Of a DNA stretch of 33,164 bases, positions 1-8,065 are shown in pieces; positions within the stretch are counted from its first letter, which is position 1, and every line of letters starts with the position of its first letter. The notes beneath the pieces were generated by a model. It saw only the letters and a list, made by a program, of their open reading frames with translations. It was not told the origin of the DNA and made no database searches. The DNA is taken from positions 1 to 33,164 of the forward strand of contig VHCC01000001.1 of NCBI GenBank assembly GCA_016882185.1, read 5' to 3'. This DNA comes from Candidatus Pelagibacterales bacterium. Lineage in GTDB: Bacteria; Pseudomonadota; Alphaproteobacteria; Pelagibacterales; Pelagibacteraceae. Both the position numbers and the translations under genes were made by a program.

Positions 1-269
1 AGGGTAACAACAAATTCTTTTGATGCGCTTATTCCGCTTGAATTTCCAATAACTGAGGGGATTTTTTTTAATTCTTTTTCAATGGCTAATTTTGCACCTT
101 TTAGATCTAATCCAGCAGGGGCAAATAATAATGATGCTGTATCATCATCTTCTATGATGCCACTTAATAAATGCACGGGCTGTAATAGCTGGTGATTTTG
201 CATCATAGCTAAAACTTGCGCAGAATTTAATATTTCTTTTGATCGCTCTGTAAATTTATTTAAATCCAT
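1..269 (-). CDS. clpB: Chaperone ClpB, N-terminal part (runs off the window's left edge)
   Basis: Not in the ORF track. Manual translation from ATG at 269 gives MDLNKFTERSKEILNSAQVLAMMQNHQLLQPVHLLSGII..., a typical Clp N-domain start. The frame stays open to the edge. Confidence 0.85.
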   Translation of the reverse strand, partial: MDLNKFTERSKEILNSAQVLAMMQNHQLLQPVHLLSGIIEDDDTASLLFAPAGLDLKGAKLAIEKELKKIPSVIGNSSGISASKEFVVT

Positions 270-274
270 ACAAA

Positions 275-303
275 ATATATGGTTACAATTTTCTATATTT
301 CAA
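275..303 (-). promoter_or_regulatory. RpoH (sigma32)-like promoter of clpB
   Basis: The minus strand reads TTGAAA-N15-CCATATAT, close to the alphaproteobacterial RpoH consensus, and lies upstream of a heat-shock gene. Confidence 0.6.
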
Positions 304-391
304 TGTGGGTTAATAAAATAAAAACTTTTATTGAATACTTGAAATTATGTAATTTGGTACGCTGAGTGTATAATATAACTATTATCTAAAA

Positions 392-607
392 ATGATTAAC
401 AAAATTAAAAGGCATTTAGAGCTTGCTAAGAAAGGCTATTTTGAACACATGTTTTTTGCAATGAAAATTGGGCTTAAGTGTTTATGGTCTTTTGTTACTG
501 CGTTTGTGCACGCAATTAATCCAGCTTGGTTTGAGTACACAACAAGTAAAAGAATAAAACGAATGAATGATCTTTTTCAAAAACCTAAAACTGATATTAA
601 GGAATAA
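392..607 (+). CDS. DUF6356-like small protein
   Basis: 71 aa with the pattern HL...YFEHMFFA...VHAINPAWF...S. Confidence 0.7.
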   Translation: MINKIKRHLELAKKGYFEHMFFAMKIGLKCLWSFVTAFVHAINPAWFEYTTSKRIKRMNDLFQKPKTDIKE

Positions 608-618
608 ATTTAGTCAAG

Positions 619-1005
619 CTATTTAAAATACTGCCAATATAAATATAATAAATAAATACAATTTAATACGTAGCAAGTTAAAGTTGCCATCATTCCAATT
701 TGTCTGAATAATAACTTTTCTTTAAACATACTATACGCATGGGAAATTCTACCTAAAAAAAATATAATATTTACTAAAAAAATATAAATAAAAGCCCCAT
801 CCAAAAGCTCTAATAAAAAAGAAGAAATTATAAAAAAAACTGTAAATTCAAAAAAGTTACCATGAGCTCTAATTGCTTTGGTTAAATCTTTATTAAAACC
901 ATCTCCATATTCAACTCGTGCAGCTCTTCTCGCTTTAATAGTAATTATTGTGAGAATTAAGTAAAAAATTATAAAAATTATTGTAAATAAAATTGAAATA
1001 TTCAT
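619..1005 (-). CDS. MAPEG family membrane protein
   Basis: Motifs YGDG, RAHGNFFE and GRISHA, with hydrophobic helices. Confidence 0.85.
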   Translation of the reverse strand: MNISILFTIIFIIFYLILTIITIKARRAARVEYGDGFNKDLTKAIRAHGNFFEFTVFFIISSFLLELLDGAFIYIFLVNIIFFLGRISHAYSMFKEKLLFRQIGMMATLTCYVLNCIYLLYLYWQYFK

Positions 1006-1060
1006 TTTTCAAATTTAATAACAGATTTGTCTTATAATTCTATAATTAATAAAATTACAC

Positions 1061-1088
1061 ATTGAATTTTAACACTTTAGGTCTATAT
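1061..1088 (+). promoter_or_regulatory. Putative promoter (aTTGAA-N16-CTATAT) of the 1097 gene
   Basis: Alphaproteobacterial-type -35/-10 pair ending 8 nt before the ATG at 1097. Confidence 0.45.
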
Positions 1089-1096
1089 TATTTCTT

Positions 1097-1336
1097 ATGG
1101 CCGAATTTGATAGTGGGTTTTTCAATGCAATAAAAAAACAATTAATTGGCTCAAGTATCGCAAGAGCAATTGTTTACACAATTGGACACATTATTATTGC
1201 TGCAACCTGTAATGTTTTTATCACTGGCTCAAGTTTAGAACTTGCAGCAGTAGATGCTTTGGTTGAGCCAATAATTAATGGGGTATGGTATTACTTTTTA
1301 GATAAATTTTGGGCGAGTAAAATTAATAGCGCCTAG
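1097..1336 (+). CDS. DUF2061-like small membrane protein
   Basis: Pattern RAIVYTIGHIIIA...ITG...ALVEPIINGVWYYFLDKFW. Confidence 0.7.
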   Translation: MAEFDSGFFNAIKKQLIGSSIARAIVYTIGHIIIAATCNVFITGSSLELAAVDALVEPIINGVWYYFLDKFWASKINSA

Positions 1337-1338
1337 AA

Positions 1339-2190
1339 TTAAATTGCAGTCTCTAGAGCCTGCTTAATATACTCCGCTCTCAAAGCTTTAACAAAATTGC
1401 CAGGTTTTCCACCACCAATTTTGCTTGTATTAATTTTTACAACTGGAGTTACTAAGGCTGTTGCCGATGTTATAAATGCTTCATTTGCAGACTGAGCATC
1501 TTGTAATGTAAAATTTTTAGTTACAATTTCATACCCTAAATCTTTTGCACATTTTAAAACAGCCTCTCTTGTTATTCCGCTTAAAATTAAATTATCAGAG
1601 TGTCTTGTCATAATAATTTTACCTTTTACTATCCATACATTGTTAGAGCTTCCCTCTGTTATGTAACCTTGCCTTAACATCCACGCATCATCAAAACCTT
1701 TGGCTGTGGCTTCAGATTTTGCCATACTGGCATATAATAATTGCGTAGTCTTAATATCATTTCTTTTCCATCTCATATCTTCAAGTGTCATCACTTTAAT
1801 TCCATTTTTAGCAGCATCAGACTCTAAAATTTTTTTCTCTTGAGTAAATGCAAGCACCGTAGGTTTTATAACGTCCTTTGGCATATCAAAACTTCTATCT
1901 ACAACTCCTCGAGTTACCTGAGTGTAAATCATTCCTTCTTTTAAATTATTAAACTCAATAAGTTTTCTATGAAATTCCAAAATTTCATCATGATTAATGA
2001 AGCTTTTAAATTTTAATTCAGTCATAGAACGATCTAATCTTTTCATGTGATGATTAAAATCGATTAATTTTCCATCAATTACTGAGGTTACTTCATATAT
2101 AGAATCTGAAAATAGTAGACCTCTATCAAAGATTGAAACTTTTGCTTCATCTTCATTTTTGAAATCACCATTAACGTAAACTTTTCGCAT
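1339..2190 (-). CDS. dat: D-amino-acid transaminase (PLP-dependent class IV)
   Basis: Motifs VYVNG, DRGLLFSDSIYEV, YTQVTRG, RWKRNDIKTTQLL (PLP Lys), TEGSSNN and ILSGITR. Confidence 0.88.
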   Translation of the reverse strand: MRKVYVNGDFKNEDEAKVSIFDRGLLFSDSIYEVTSVIDGKLIDFNHHMKRLDRSMTELKFKSFINHDEILEFHRKLIEFNNLKEGMIYTQVTRGVVDRSFDMPKDVIKPTVLAFTQEKKILESDAAKNGIKVMTLEDMRWKRNDIKTTQLLYASMAKSEATAKGFDDAWMLRQGYITEGSSNNVWIVKGKIIMTRHSDNLILSGITREAVLKCAKDLGYEIVTKNFTLQDAQSANEAFITSATALVTPVVKINTSKIGGGKPGNFVKALRAEYIKQALETAI

Positions 2191-2233
2191 ATGAATTTGA
2201 TAAAATTTTAGATTACTTAATATTTAAAATTAT

Positions 2234-2428
2234 TTAGGCTACTTGGCAGCTCATGTCTTGTCCGCAACATAATGGGCTTTTTATTTTTCCATGTCCATTT
2301 GGACACTCACAAATCTGAACTTTTTGACCATTATCTAATTTAAGTGAAGCATCCTTTAAAGGTGCTTTACATTTTCCACAAGTTATATTTGCAGACATTT
2401 TGCATTTTGGACAATCGTATATTGCCAT
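2234..2428 (-). CDS. Cys-rich small putative metal-binding protein (64 aa)
   Basis: MAIYDCPKC...CGKC...CECPNGH...PLCCGQDM. The ATG at 2428 is preferred over the track's 2464 start, which would sit almost against the divergent gene. Confidence 0.7.
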   Translation of the reverse strand: MAIYDCPKCKMSANITCGKCKAPLKDASLKLDNGQKVQICECPNGHGKIKSPLCCGQDMSCQVA

Positions 2429-2469
2429 ATGACTAATACATAATATTATATTTCTAAAAATCAATACTT

Positions 2470-3252
2470 ATGAAAATTATTTTTAGCCTATTTCTATTAA
2501 TCATATTAACCACTAACGTAAAAGCTGAGCAAAGCTGCGCTGTTATTTTAATGCATGGCAAATGGGGGTTGCCCTCTTCTCCTTATTTAAAAATATTATC
2601 AGAAAAAATAGAAAAACTATGTGTAGTTGAAAAACCTGATATGCCTTGGAGCAGAAATAGAAATTATGATCAAACTTATGAAAACTTATTAAATGAACTT
2701 CAAAAAAAATCTGAAAATTACAAAAACAAAGGAATTAAAAAAATAATTTTTGCTGGTCATAGTTTTGGAGCTAATGCATCAATGGCTTATCAAGCTTATA
2801 TTGGTAACGCAGATGCTTTAATTGCTCTTGCTCCAGGGCATGCCCCATATCACATGTATCATACCTACGGTGCAGTACCCGGTCATGCAGCAATTGTCGA
2901 TAGTGCAAAAAAATACATTGATATTGGTAAACCTGAAACATTAATGAAATTTACAGATCTTAATACTGGTATAAAGAAAGACTTTGAGATTAGAGCTGAT
3001 GTTCTTTACTCTTATTATAATCCTTATGGACTAGGACATATGCAAAAAACGGCAAGAGAATTTAAAAAGCCTATTCCTTTTTTATATATTGAGGGTGAAA
3101 AAGATCAGATAAAAGTTGGCAGAAGCTATGCCTTTGACAAAACGCCAAATCATTTATTAAGCAAATATCAAACAGTTGTTGCAGACCATGTAATGACTCC
3201 TGAGGTAGCAAGCGATCAAGTAATAGAATGGCTCAAAGAAATTATCAAGTAA
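2470..3252 (+). CDS. Exported alpha/beta-fold hydrolase
   Basis: Signal peptide (VKA/EQ), HGKWG loop, GHSFG nucleophile elbow, and candidate Asp (EKD) and His (ADH) completing the triad. Confidence 0.8.
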   Translation: MKIIFSLFLLIILTTNVKAEQSCAVILMHGKWGLPSSPYLKILSEKIEKLCVVEKPDMPWSRNRNYDQTYENLLNELQKKSENYKNKGIKKIIFAGHSFGANASMAYQAYIGNADALIALAPGHAPYHMYHTYGAVPGHAAIVDSAKKYIDIGKPETLMKFTDLNTGIKKDFEIRADVLYSYYNPYGLGHMQKTAREFKKPIPFLYIEGEKDQIKVGRSYAFDKTPNHLLSKYQTVVADHVMTPEVASDQVIEWLKEIIK

Positions 3253-3253
3253 A

Positions 3254-3790
3254 CTAAAACCACATTCTTTTTAAAGTTTTATCCTTTAAAAAAAAATGAT
3301 GATAAATGCTCGCAATAACGTGTAATACTACTAAAGAAATAAAAATATATACTGAATAAATATGTATCTCTTTAGCTACTTGACCAATTAGATCATTTTT
3401 TTCAACAATTGCTGGCATATAAAACAATCCAAAAAAATCAACTGGTCCTGCTCTTGCCGTTGAGTAAATCCATCCGCTTAATGTCACGGTAAGTAAAATA
3501 AAATAAAATGAATAATGAACAAACTTCGAGATTTTGTTTATAATTAGATTATGTGCAACTGGTACAGGAGTTATATTTATTAATCTCCAAAATAATCTTA
3601 AAACAATTAAGCCAAGTAATAAAATTCCCATTGATTTATGAAAATGAAAAATTGATGACCTTAAAGGACCACGCTCAAGTCCTCCCATAACAAAACCTAA
3701 AGAAAAATTTAATAAAAGCAAAATTGCTAAAATCCAATGTAGATTTTTGCTTATAAGACCATAACTATCCGAAGTATTTTTTAAACTCAT
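3254..3790 (-). CDS. cybB: Cytochrome b561 (CybB/YceJ family)
   Basis: Heme-ligand His motifs LHW, FHKSMG, EIH and VLHV, ending HHFFLKDKTLKRM. Confidence 0.85.
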   Translation of the reverse strand: MSLKNTSDSYGLISKNLHWILAILLLLNFSLGFVMGGLERGPLRSSIFHFHKSMGILLLGLIVLRLFWRLINITPVPVAHNLIINKISKFVHYSFYFILLTVTLSGWIYSTARAGPVDFFGLFYMPAIVEKNDLIGQVAKEIHIYSVYIFISLVVLHVIASIYHHFFLKDKTLKRMWF

Positions 3791-3792
3791 GA

Positions 3793-4524
3793 TTAAAAAA
3801 AGTTTAATAATTTAAACAGTAGTGGAACTAATATAGCAGTTGCAATACCATTTAAACCGAGAGCTAATGCTGCAAAAACTCCTGCTGTTTCATTTCTGCT
3901 CATAGCTCTTGCAGTTCCAATTCCATGCGAAGCAAGACCTAATCCAAAACCTCTTGCTGACATATCTTTTAGTCTTAAAAAATCTAAAGCAAAAGTTCCA
4001 AAAGAAGCGCCCATAATTCCTGTCAAAATTGTTATAATGGCCGTAAGCGATGGAATTCCTCCAATTAAATCTGCAATACCCATAGCAATAGGTGCCGTTG
4101 CACTTCGTGGAAGCATACTAAACAAAACCTGATCATCTATTTTAAAAATTTCGCACAAAACAAAAGTTGAAATAATTGCAAACAAACTTCCAACTATAAG
4201 TGAGGCTGAAATACTTAAAGCTTCTTTTTGAATGACTTTGAATTGCTTATAAATTGGAATTGCAAGCGCAACCGTTGCTGGCCCTAACATAAAATGAATA
4301 AATTTAGCGCCATCAAAGTATCGTTCATAGGAAATATCAAGATTTATTAAGACCAGTGATACAATAAATATTGAAATTGCAACTGGGTTCACGAGCGGAA
4401 ATAATTTTGATTTTTTATAAAAATAATCTCCTATTAAATAAGAACCAATCGTTAAGGTTAACCAAAATAATGGTTCTGCCTGTAAATAAACCCAAATACT
4501 ATAAAGCTTATCCTTTTCGATCAT
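3793..4524 (-). CDS. lrgB: LrgB family membrane protein
   Basis: Motifs LGPATVALAIPIY, PRSATAPIAM and ASHGIGTARA. Confidence 0.92.
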   Translation of the reverse strand: MIEKDKLYSIWVYLQAEPLFWLTLTIGSYLIGDYFYKKSKLFPLVNPVAISIFIVSLVLINLDISYERYFDGAKFIHFMLGPATVALAIPIYKQFKVIQKEALSISASLIVGSLFAIISTFVLCEIFKIDDQVLFSMLPRSATAPIAMGIADLIGGIPSLTAIITILTGIMGASFGTFALDFLRLKDMSARGFGLGLASHGIGTARAMSRNETAGVFAALALGLNGIATAILVPLLFKLLNFF

Positions 4525-4892
4525 TTCTTATTAATTCGTTTATTTATTTTTTCCATTAAAAATGCTGTCAGACCAATGGTTAAAATAGTAGATATAAAAA
4601 CAATAATTAGAACTTTAAAAAGATTATTTTCCAAATAAGAAAGGTGCATCACAACACCCACACCAATTGGAACAAATAAAAGCGAAAGATAATTTAAGAT
4701 ATAATTTGAGGTATTAATTACATCATCTTTTAAATTTGTAATAGCTGCGGTTTTAAATCTTTTTAAAAATATTAAGACAACAAGTAGAAGAATAAGTCCT
4801 AACACCGGACCTGGAATTCGCATTTCAAAAAATTTTTTTATTGCTTCTCCTAAAAGTTGGAAAAAGAAAATAATAAATATAGCACGAAGCAT
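4521..4892 (-). CDS. lrgA: CidA/LrgA family membrane protein
   Basis: Motifs QLLGE, IPGPVLGL and LSLLFVPIGVGV; ATGA overlap with lrgB. Confidence 0.9.
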   Translation of the reverse strand: MLRAIFIIFFFQLLGEAIKKFFEMRIPGPVLGLILLLVVLIFLKRFKTAAITNLKDDVINTSNYILNYLSLLFVPIGVGVVMHLSYLENNLFKVLIIVFISTILTIGLTAFLMEKINKRINKK

Positions 4893-4943
4893 TAATTAGG
4901 TTTTTAAACTATGCTAAAATACTAAGCAATATTTTATAAATTA

Positions 4944-5255
4944 TTAGATAAAAAATATTAATAACCACAAAACTGCAAGACCGGATAGAATAGTAGCAAT
5001 TACACTTTCTGTAATATAGCCAACTAATATTGCAATGAAAGCAGCTAAAACTTTTGGATTATCTAAAAATACTAACTGACCTGTGGAATTTAAAAATACA
5101 GCTGGAAAAATAATTGCTGGGAAGACTGCGCTTGGGACGTAACTTAAAACTAATTTTACACGTGGCGAAAAATAATCTTTTTTTAATAATGCAATCATTG
5201 AAAAACGAGTAAAAAAAGTAACAAGACCTGCTAATATTAATGTTGTCCAAAGCAT
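4944..5255 (-). CDS. azlD: AzlD family branched-chain amino-acid exporter small subunit
   Basis: Motifs TFFTRFS and LSYVPSAVFPAII; 1 nt downstream of azlC. Confidence 0.85.
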   Translation of the reverse strand: MLWTTLILAGLVTFFTRFSMIALLKKDYFSPRVKLVLSYVPSAVFPAIIFPAVFLNSTGQLVFLDNPKVLAAFIAILVGYITESVIATILSGLAVLWLLIFFI

Positions 5256-5256
5256 T

Positions 5257-5958
5257 TTATTTTCTATAAAGTTTTGTATGTGTTAATCCGTAAGCAAGTA
5301 AAATTCCGGCAGCTGCAGCAACAATTATATAAGTTCTAAGAGGTAAATTAAAAAAAATTACTGCGAAAATTCCTGATGTGATTGCAACAATTAAATGATC
5401 TAACTTTTTCATATCTACAATAATTAGCGAAATAAAAGTTAACGGAACTGCAAAGGCTAGATTTAATTCTTTTGGAATAACTTCACCTACAACAATCCCG
5501 GTAATTGTTGAAAGTTGCCAAATAAACCAAAGTGTAAATCCAGAGCCTAATAAATGATAATGTCTAAGATTATTTTTTGGTTGTTGTTTAAAATATTTTT
5601 GAGAAACAATAAAAGCTTGATCCGTTAGAAAATAAGATAAAATTATTTTCCAAAATAATTTCAATTTGGTTAAATATTGAGCAATCACTGCGCTGTATAA
5701 AAAATGTCTTGAATTTACGATTGCAACAGAACTAACAATGACAGGAGCGGTTGCGCCACTAGTAAAAAGTTGAGTAAAAGCCAGTTGTGATGATCCTGCA
5801 AAGATAATAATCGACATTAAAAAAGTAATCGTCGCCCCCAATCCAGACTCAATCCCAACAACACCAAAAATAATTCCAAAAGGAACTACTGGGATTAATA
5901 AAGGAATAACATCTTTACATCCTAAAAAGAAAATTTTTGATTTAATTTTCACAAACAT
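5257..5958 (-). CDS. azlC: AzlC family branched-chain amino-acid exporter
   Basis: Motifs PFGIIFG, MSIIIFAGSSQ, VNSRHFLYS and FLTDQAF. Confidence 0.9.
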   Translation of the reverse strand: MFVKIKSKIFFLGCKDVIPLLIPVVPFGIIFGVVGIESGLGATITFLMSIIIFAGSSQLAFTQLFTSGATAPVIVSSVAIVNSRHFLYSAVIAQYLTKLKLFWKIILSYFLTDQAFIVSQKYFKQQPKNNLRHYHLLGSGFTLWFIWQLSTITGIVVGEVIPKELNLAFAVPLTFISLIIVDMKKLDHLIVAITSGIFAVIFFNLPLRTYIIVAAAAGILLAYGLTHTKLYRK

Positions 5959-6131
5959 GCTTGAAAAGAATATTTAAAATTCTCATTGTTTTCGTTGGGG
6001 TTGTTTTATTACTCTTTAACTTTGAGATACAATGTATTTAATAGTCATTTTATGGTCGATATTTAATGATTTTATAATCATAAATAAAATTCAATAGAGA
6101 TTTAATAAATTTATCTATAAATAGACCCTTC

Positions 6132-7997
6132 ATGAGTCATAAAAATGGTAGAAGCCTACCTCTTTTGATTGTCGCGGCTCTTGGTGTTGTCTTTGGAGAT
6201 ATAGGTACATCGCCGCTCTACGTTCTTAAATTATCAATAGAAGCTTCAAAAGAAGGTAGTGTAGGAATAATCAATTCCGTTTATGGAATATTATCATTAA
6301 TCACATGGTCTTTAATTATCGTTGTTAGCTTGAAATACATCTTTATTATTATGCGCGCCCACAATCATGGCGAAGGAGGTGTATTTGCACTAACGGCACT
6401 TTTGATTAGAAAAATTGGAAAAAAACCAAATACCAAATGGATCATAACTATACTTGGATGTATCGGTGCAGCTTTATTTTTTGGAAATAGCATTATCACT
6501 CCGGCTATCTCTGTTTTGAGTGCTGTCGAAGGATTAAAAATTTTATCACCTAAGTTAGAGCCTTATATTGTCTATATTTCATTAGTGTTAGTCTCTATTT
6601 TATTTGGAATTGAGAAATTTGGGACTGAAAAAGTTGGGACAGTTTTTGGACCTATAATGTTAATTTGGTTTATAACTATTGGTGGTTTAGGATTATTAGA
6701 AATTATAAACAAACCAATAGTTCTTAAGGCCTTAGATCCTGTTTATGGTTTTAATTTTTTACTAAAGCATCAAGGAATTGCAGTTATAATTTTAGGTTTT
6801 GTAGTACTTGCAATAACGGGAGCTGAGGCTCTTTATTCAGATATGGGTTTTTTTGGAAGAAGACCCATTCAAACAGCTTGGCTAATAATAGTTTTTCCTG
6901 CACTATTACTAAATTACTTCGGACAAGGGGCATTGTTAATTTCTGATCCAAGTACAATCGATAATCCATTCTTTAGGTTAGGACCAGACTGGGCATTAAT
7001 TCCACTGATTATTTTAGCTACCTGCGCAACTATTATTGCGTCGCAAGCAGTGATTTCAGGAGTTTTTTCAATAGCCAATCAAGCAGTTCAGTTGGGTTAT
7101 ATTCCAAGACTTTTAATTAAACACACCTCAACAAATGAATATAGGGAAGTTTATTTATCTAAAATTAATATATTTTTATTTGTTGGAGTTGCTTTACTCA
7201 TATTAAGTTTTAAAAGTTCGGCAAACCTAGCTGCAGCATACGGAACGGCTGTTACTGGATCGATGTTGATTGACACTATTCTTGCAACATTCTTGCTTAT
7301 TTTTGTAAGAGGTTGGAATAAATTAATTTTTATACCAGTTTTTTTGACTTTTTTAATTCTAGATCTTGTATTTTTCTCAGCTACCTTGTTCAAATTTTTT
7401 GACGGGGGGTGGATTACAATTGTTATAGCTCTAGCAGTTTTTTTAATGATGTTGAGTTGGATTAGCGGTAGAGAAAGAATGCTTAAAGCACGTTGGGATG
7501 GATCAGTAAAAATCGAAAAGTTTTTATCTCAAATTAAAAAGAATCCGCCAAAAAGAATTGCTGGTACTGCAATATTTTTTGTACCCAACACTGAAGTAGT
7601 GCCAATGGCATTACTCCATAATCTTAAACATAATAGAGTACTTCATAAGCGTATTGTGTTTATGCATCTAAGTTTCACAAACTTTCCAAAACTTGGAGAT
7701 GATGAAAGAGTAATAGTTAAGCGTTACTCCAATAATTTTTATAACATCATTGTAAGATATGGCTTTCAGGAAGAGCCGAATATCCCAAGAGTCCTAGCCC
7801 TTATTAGAGCAACAGAATTTAAATTTAGCATGCTAGATACTTCTTTCTTTATTGGAAAAGTAAAAGTTGTTAGCAAAAATCCAAATATTTTTTCAAGATT
7901 ATTTATTTTAATGCATCGAACAATGCTTGGAGCTACGGAATACTACAAAATTCCTAAAGATCGAACTGTTGAAATAGGTGGAGTTATCGAGATTTAA
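6132..7997 (+). CDS. kup: Potassium uptake transporter Kup (KUP/HAK/KT family)
   Basis: Motifs LGVVFGDIGTSPLY, GEGGVFAL, ITPAISVLSAVEG, TGAEALYSDMG and LLHNLKHNRVLH. Confidence 0.95.
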   Translation: MSHKNGRSLPLLIVAALGVVFGDIGTSPLYVLKLSIEASKEGSVGIINSVYGILSLITWSLIIVVSLKYIFIIMRAHNHGEGGVFALTALLIRKIGKKPNTKWIITILGCIGAALFFGNSIITPAISVLSAVEGLKILSPKLEPYIVYISLVLVSILFGIEKFGTEKVGTVFGPIMLIWFITIGGLGLLEIINKPIVLKALDPVYGFNFLLKHQGIAVIILGFVVLAITGAEALYSDMGFFGRRPIQTAWLIIVFPALLLNYFGQGALLISDPSTIDNPFFRLGPDWALIPLIILATCATIIASQAVISGVFSIANQAVQLGYIPRLLIKHTSTNEYREVYLSKINIFLFVGVALLILSFKSSANLAAAYGTAVTGSMLIDTILATFLLIFVRGWNKLIFIPVFLTFLILDLVFFSATLFKFFDGGWITIVIALAVFLMMLSWISGRERMLKARWDGSVKIEKFLSQIKKNPPKRIAGTAIFFVPNTEVVPMALLHNLKHNRVLHKRIVFMHLSFTNFPKLGDDERVIVKRYSNNFYNIIVRYGFQEEPNIPRVLALIRATEFKFSMLDTSFFIGKVKVVSKNPNIFSRLFILMHRTMLGATEYYKIPKDRTVEIGGVIEI

Positions 7998-8004
7998 ATA
8001 AAAA

Positions 8005-8031
8005 GGGCCTAGATTTTAAAAATCTAGGCCC
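8005..8031. terminator. Intrinsic terminator between convergent kup and amtB
   Basis: Perfect inverted repeat GGGCCTAGATTTT-A-AAAATCTAGGCCC. It is followed by TTTTTATTT on the minus strand (amtB direction) and by AT-rich sequence on the plus strand. Confidence 0.8.
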
Positions 8032-8065
8032 AATTATTTAAGTAAGTTTATAAGAGGATTATAAC

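Noticed and set aside
339-350. 12-mer TTGAAATTATGT repeated at 23889-23900
   Set aside because: It is AT-rich, probably a -35-like hexamer plus chance, and the downstream genes are unrelated.
355-370. Sigma54-like TGGTACG-N4-GTGTA upstream of the 392 gene
   Set aside because: The required GC at -12 is missing, and an adjacent TATAAT explains the region as a sigma70-type promoter.
3793-4892. lrgAB as a prophage holin/antiholin module
   Set aside because: No integrase, endolysin or structural phage genes are nearby; the context is metabolic.
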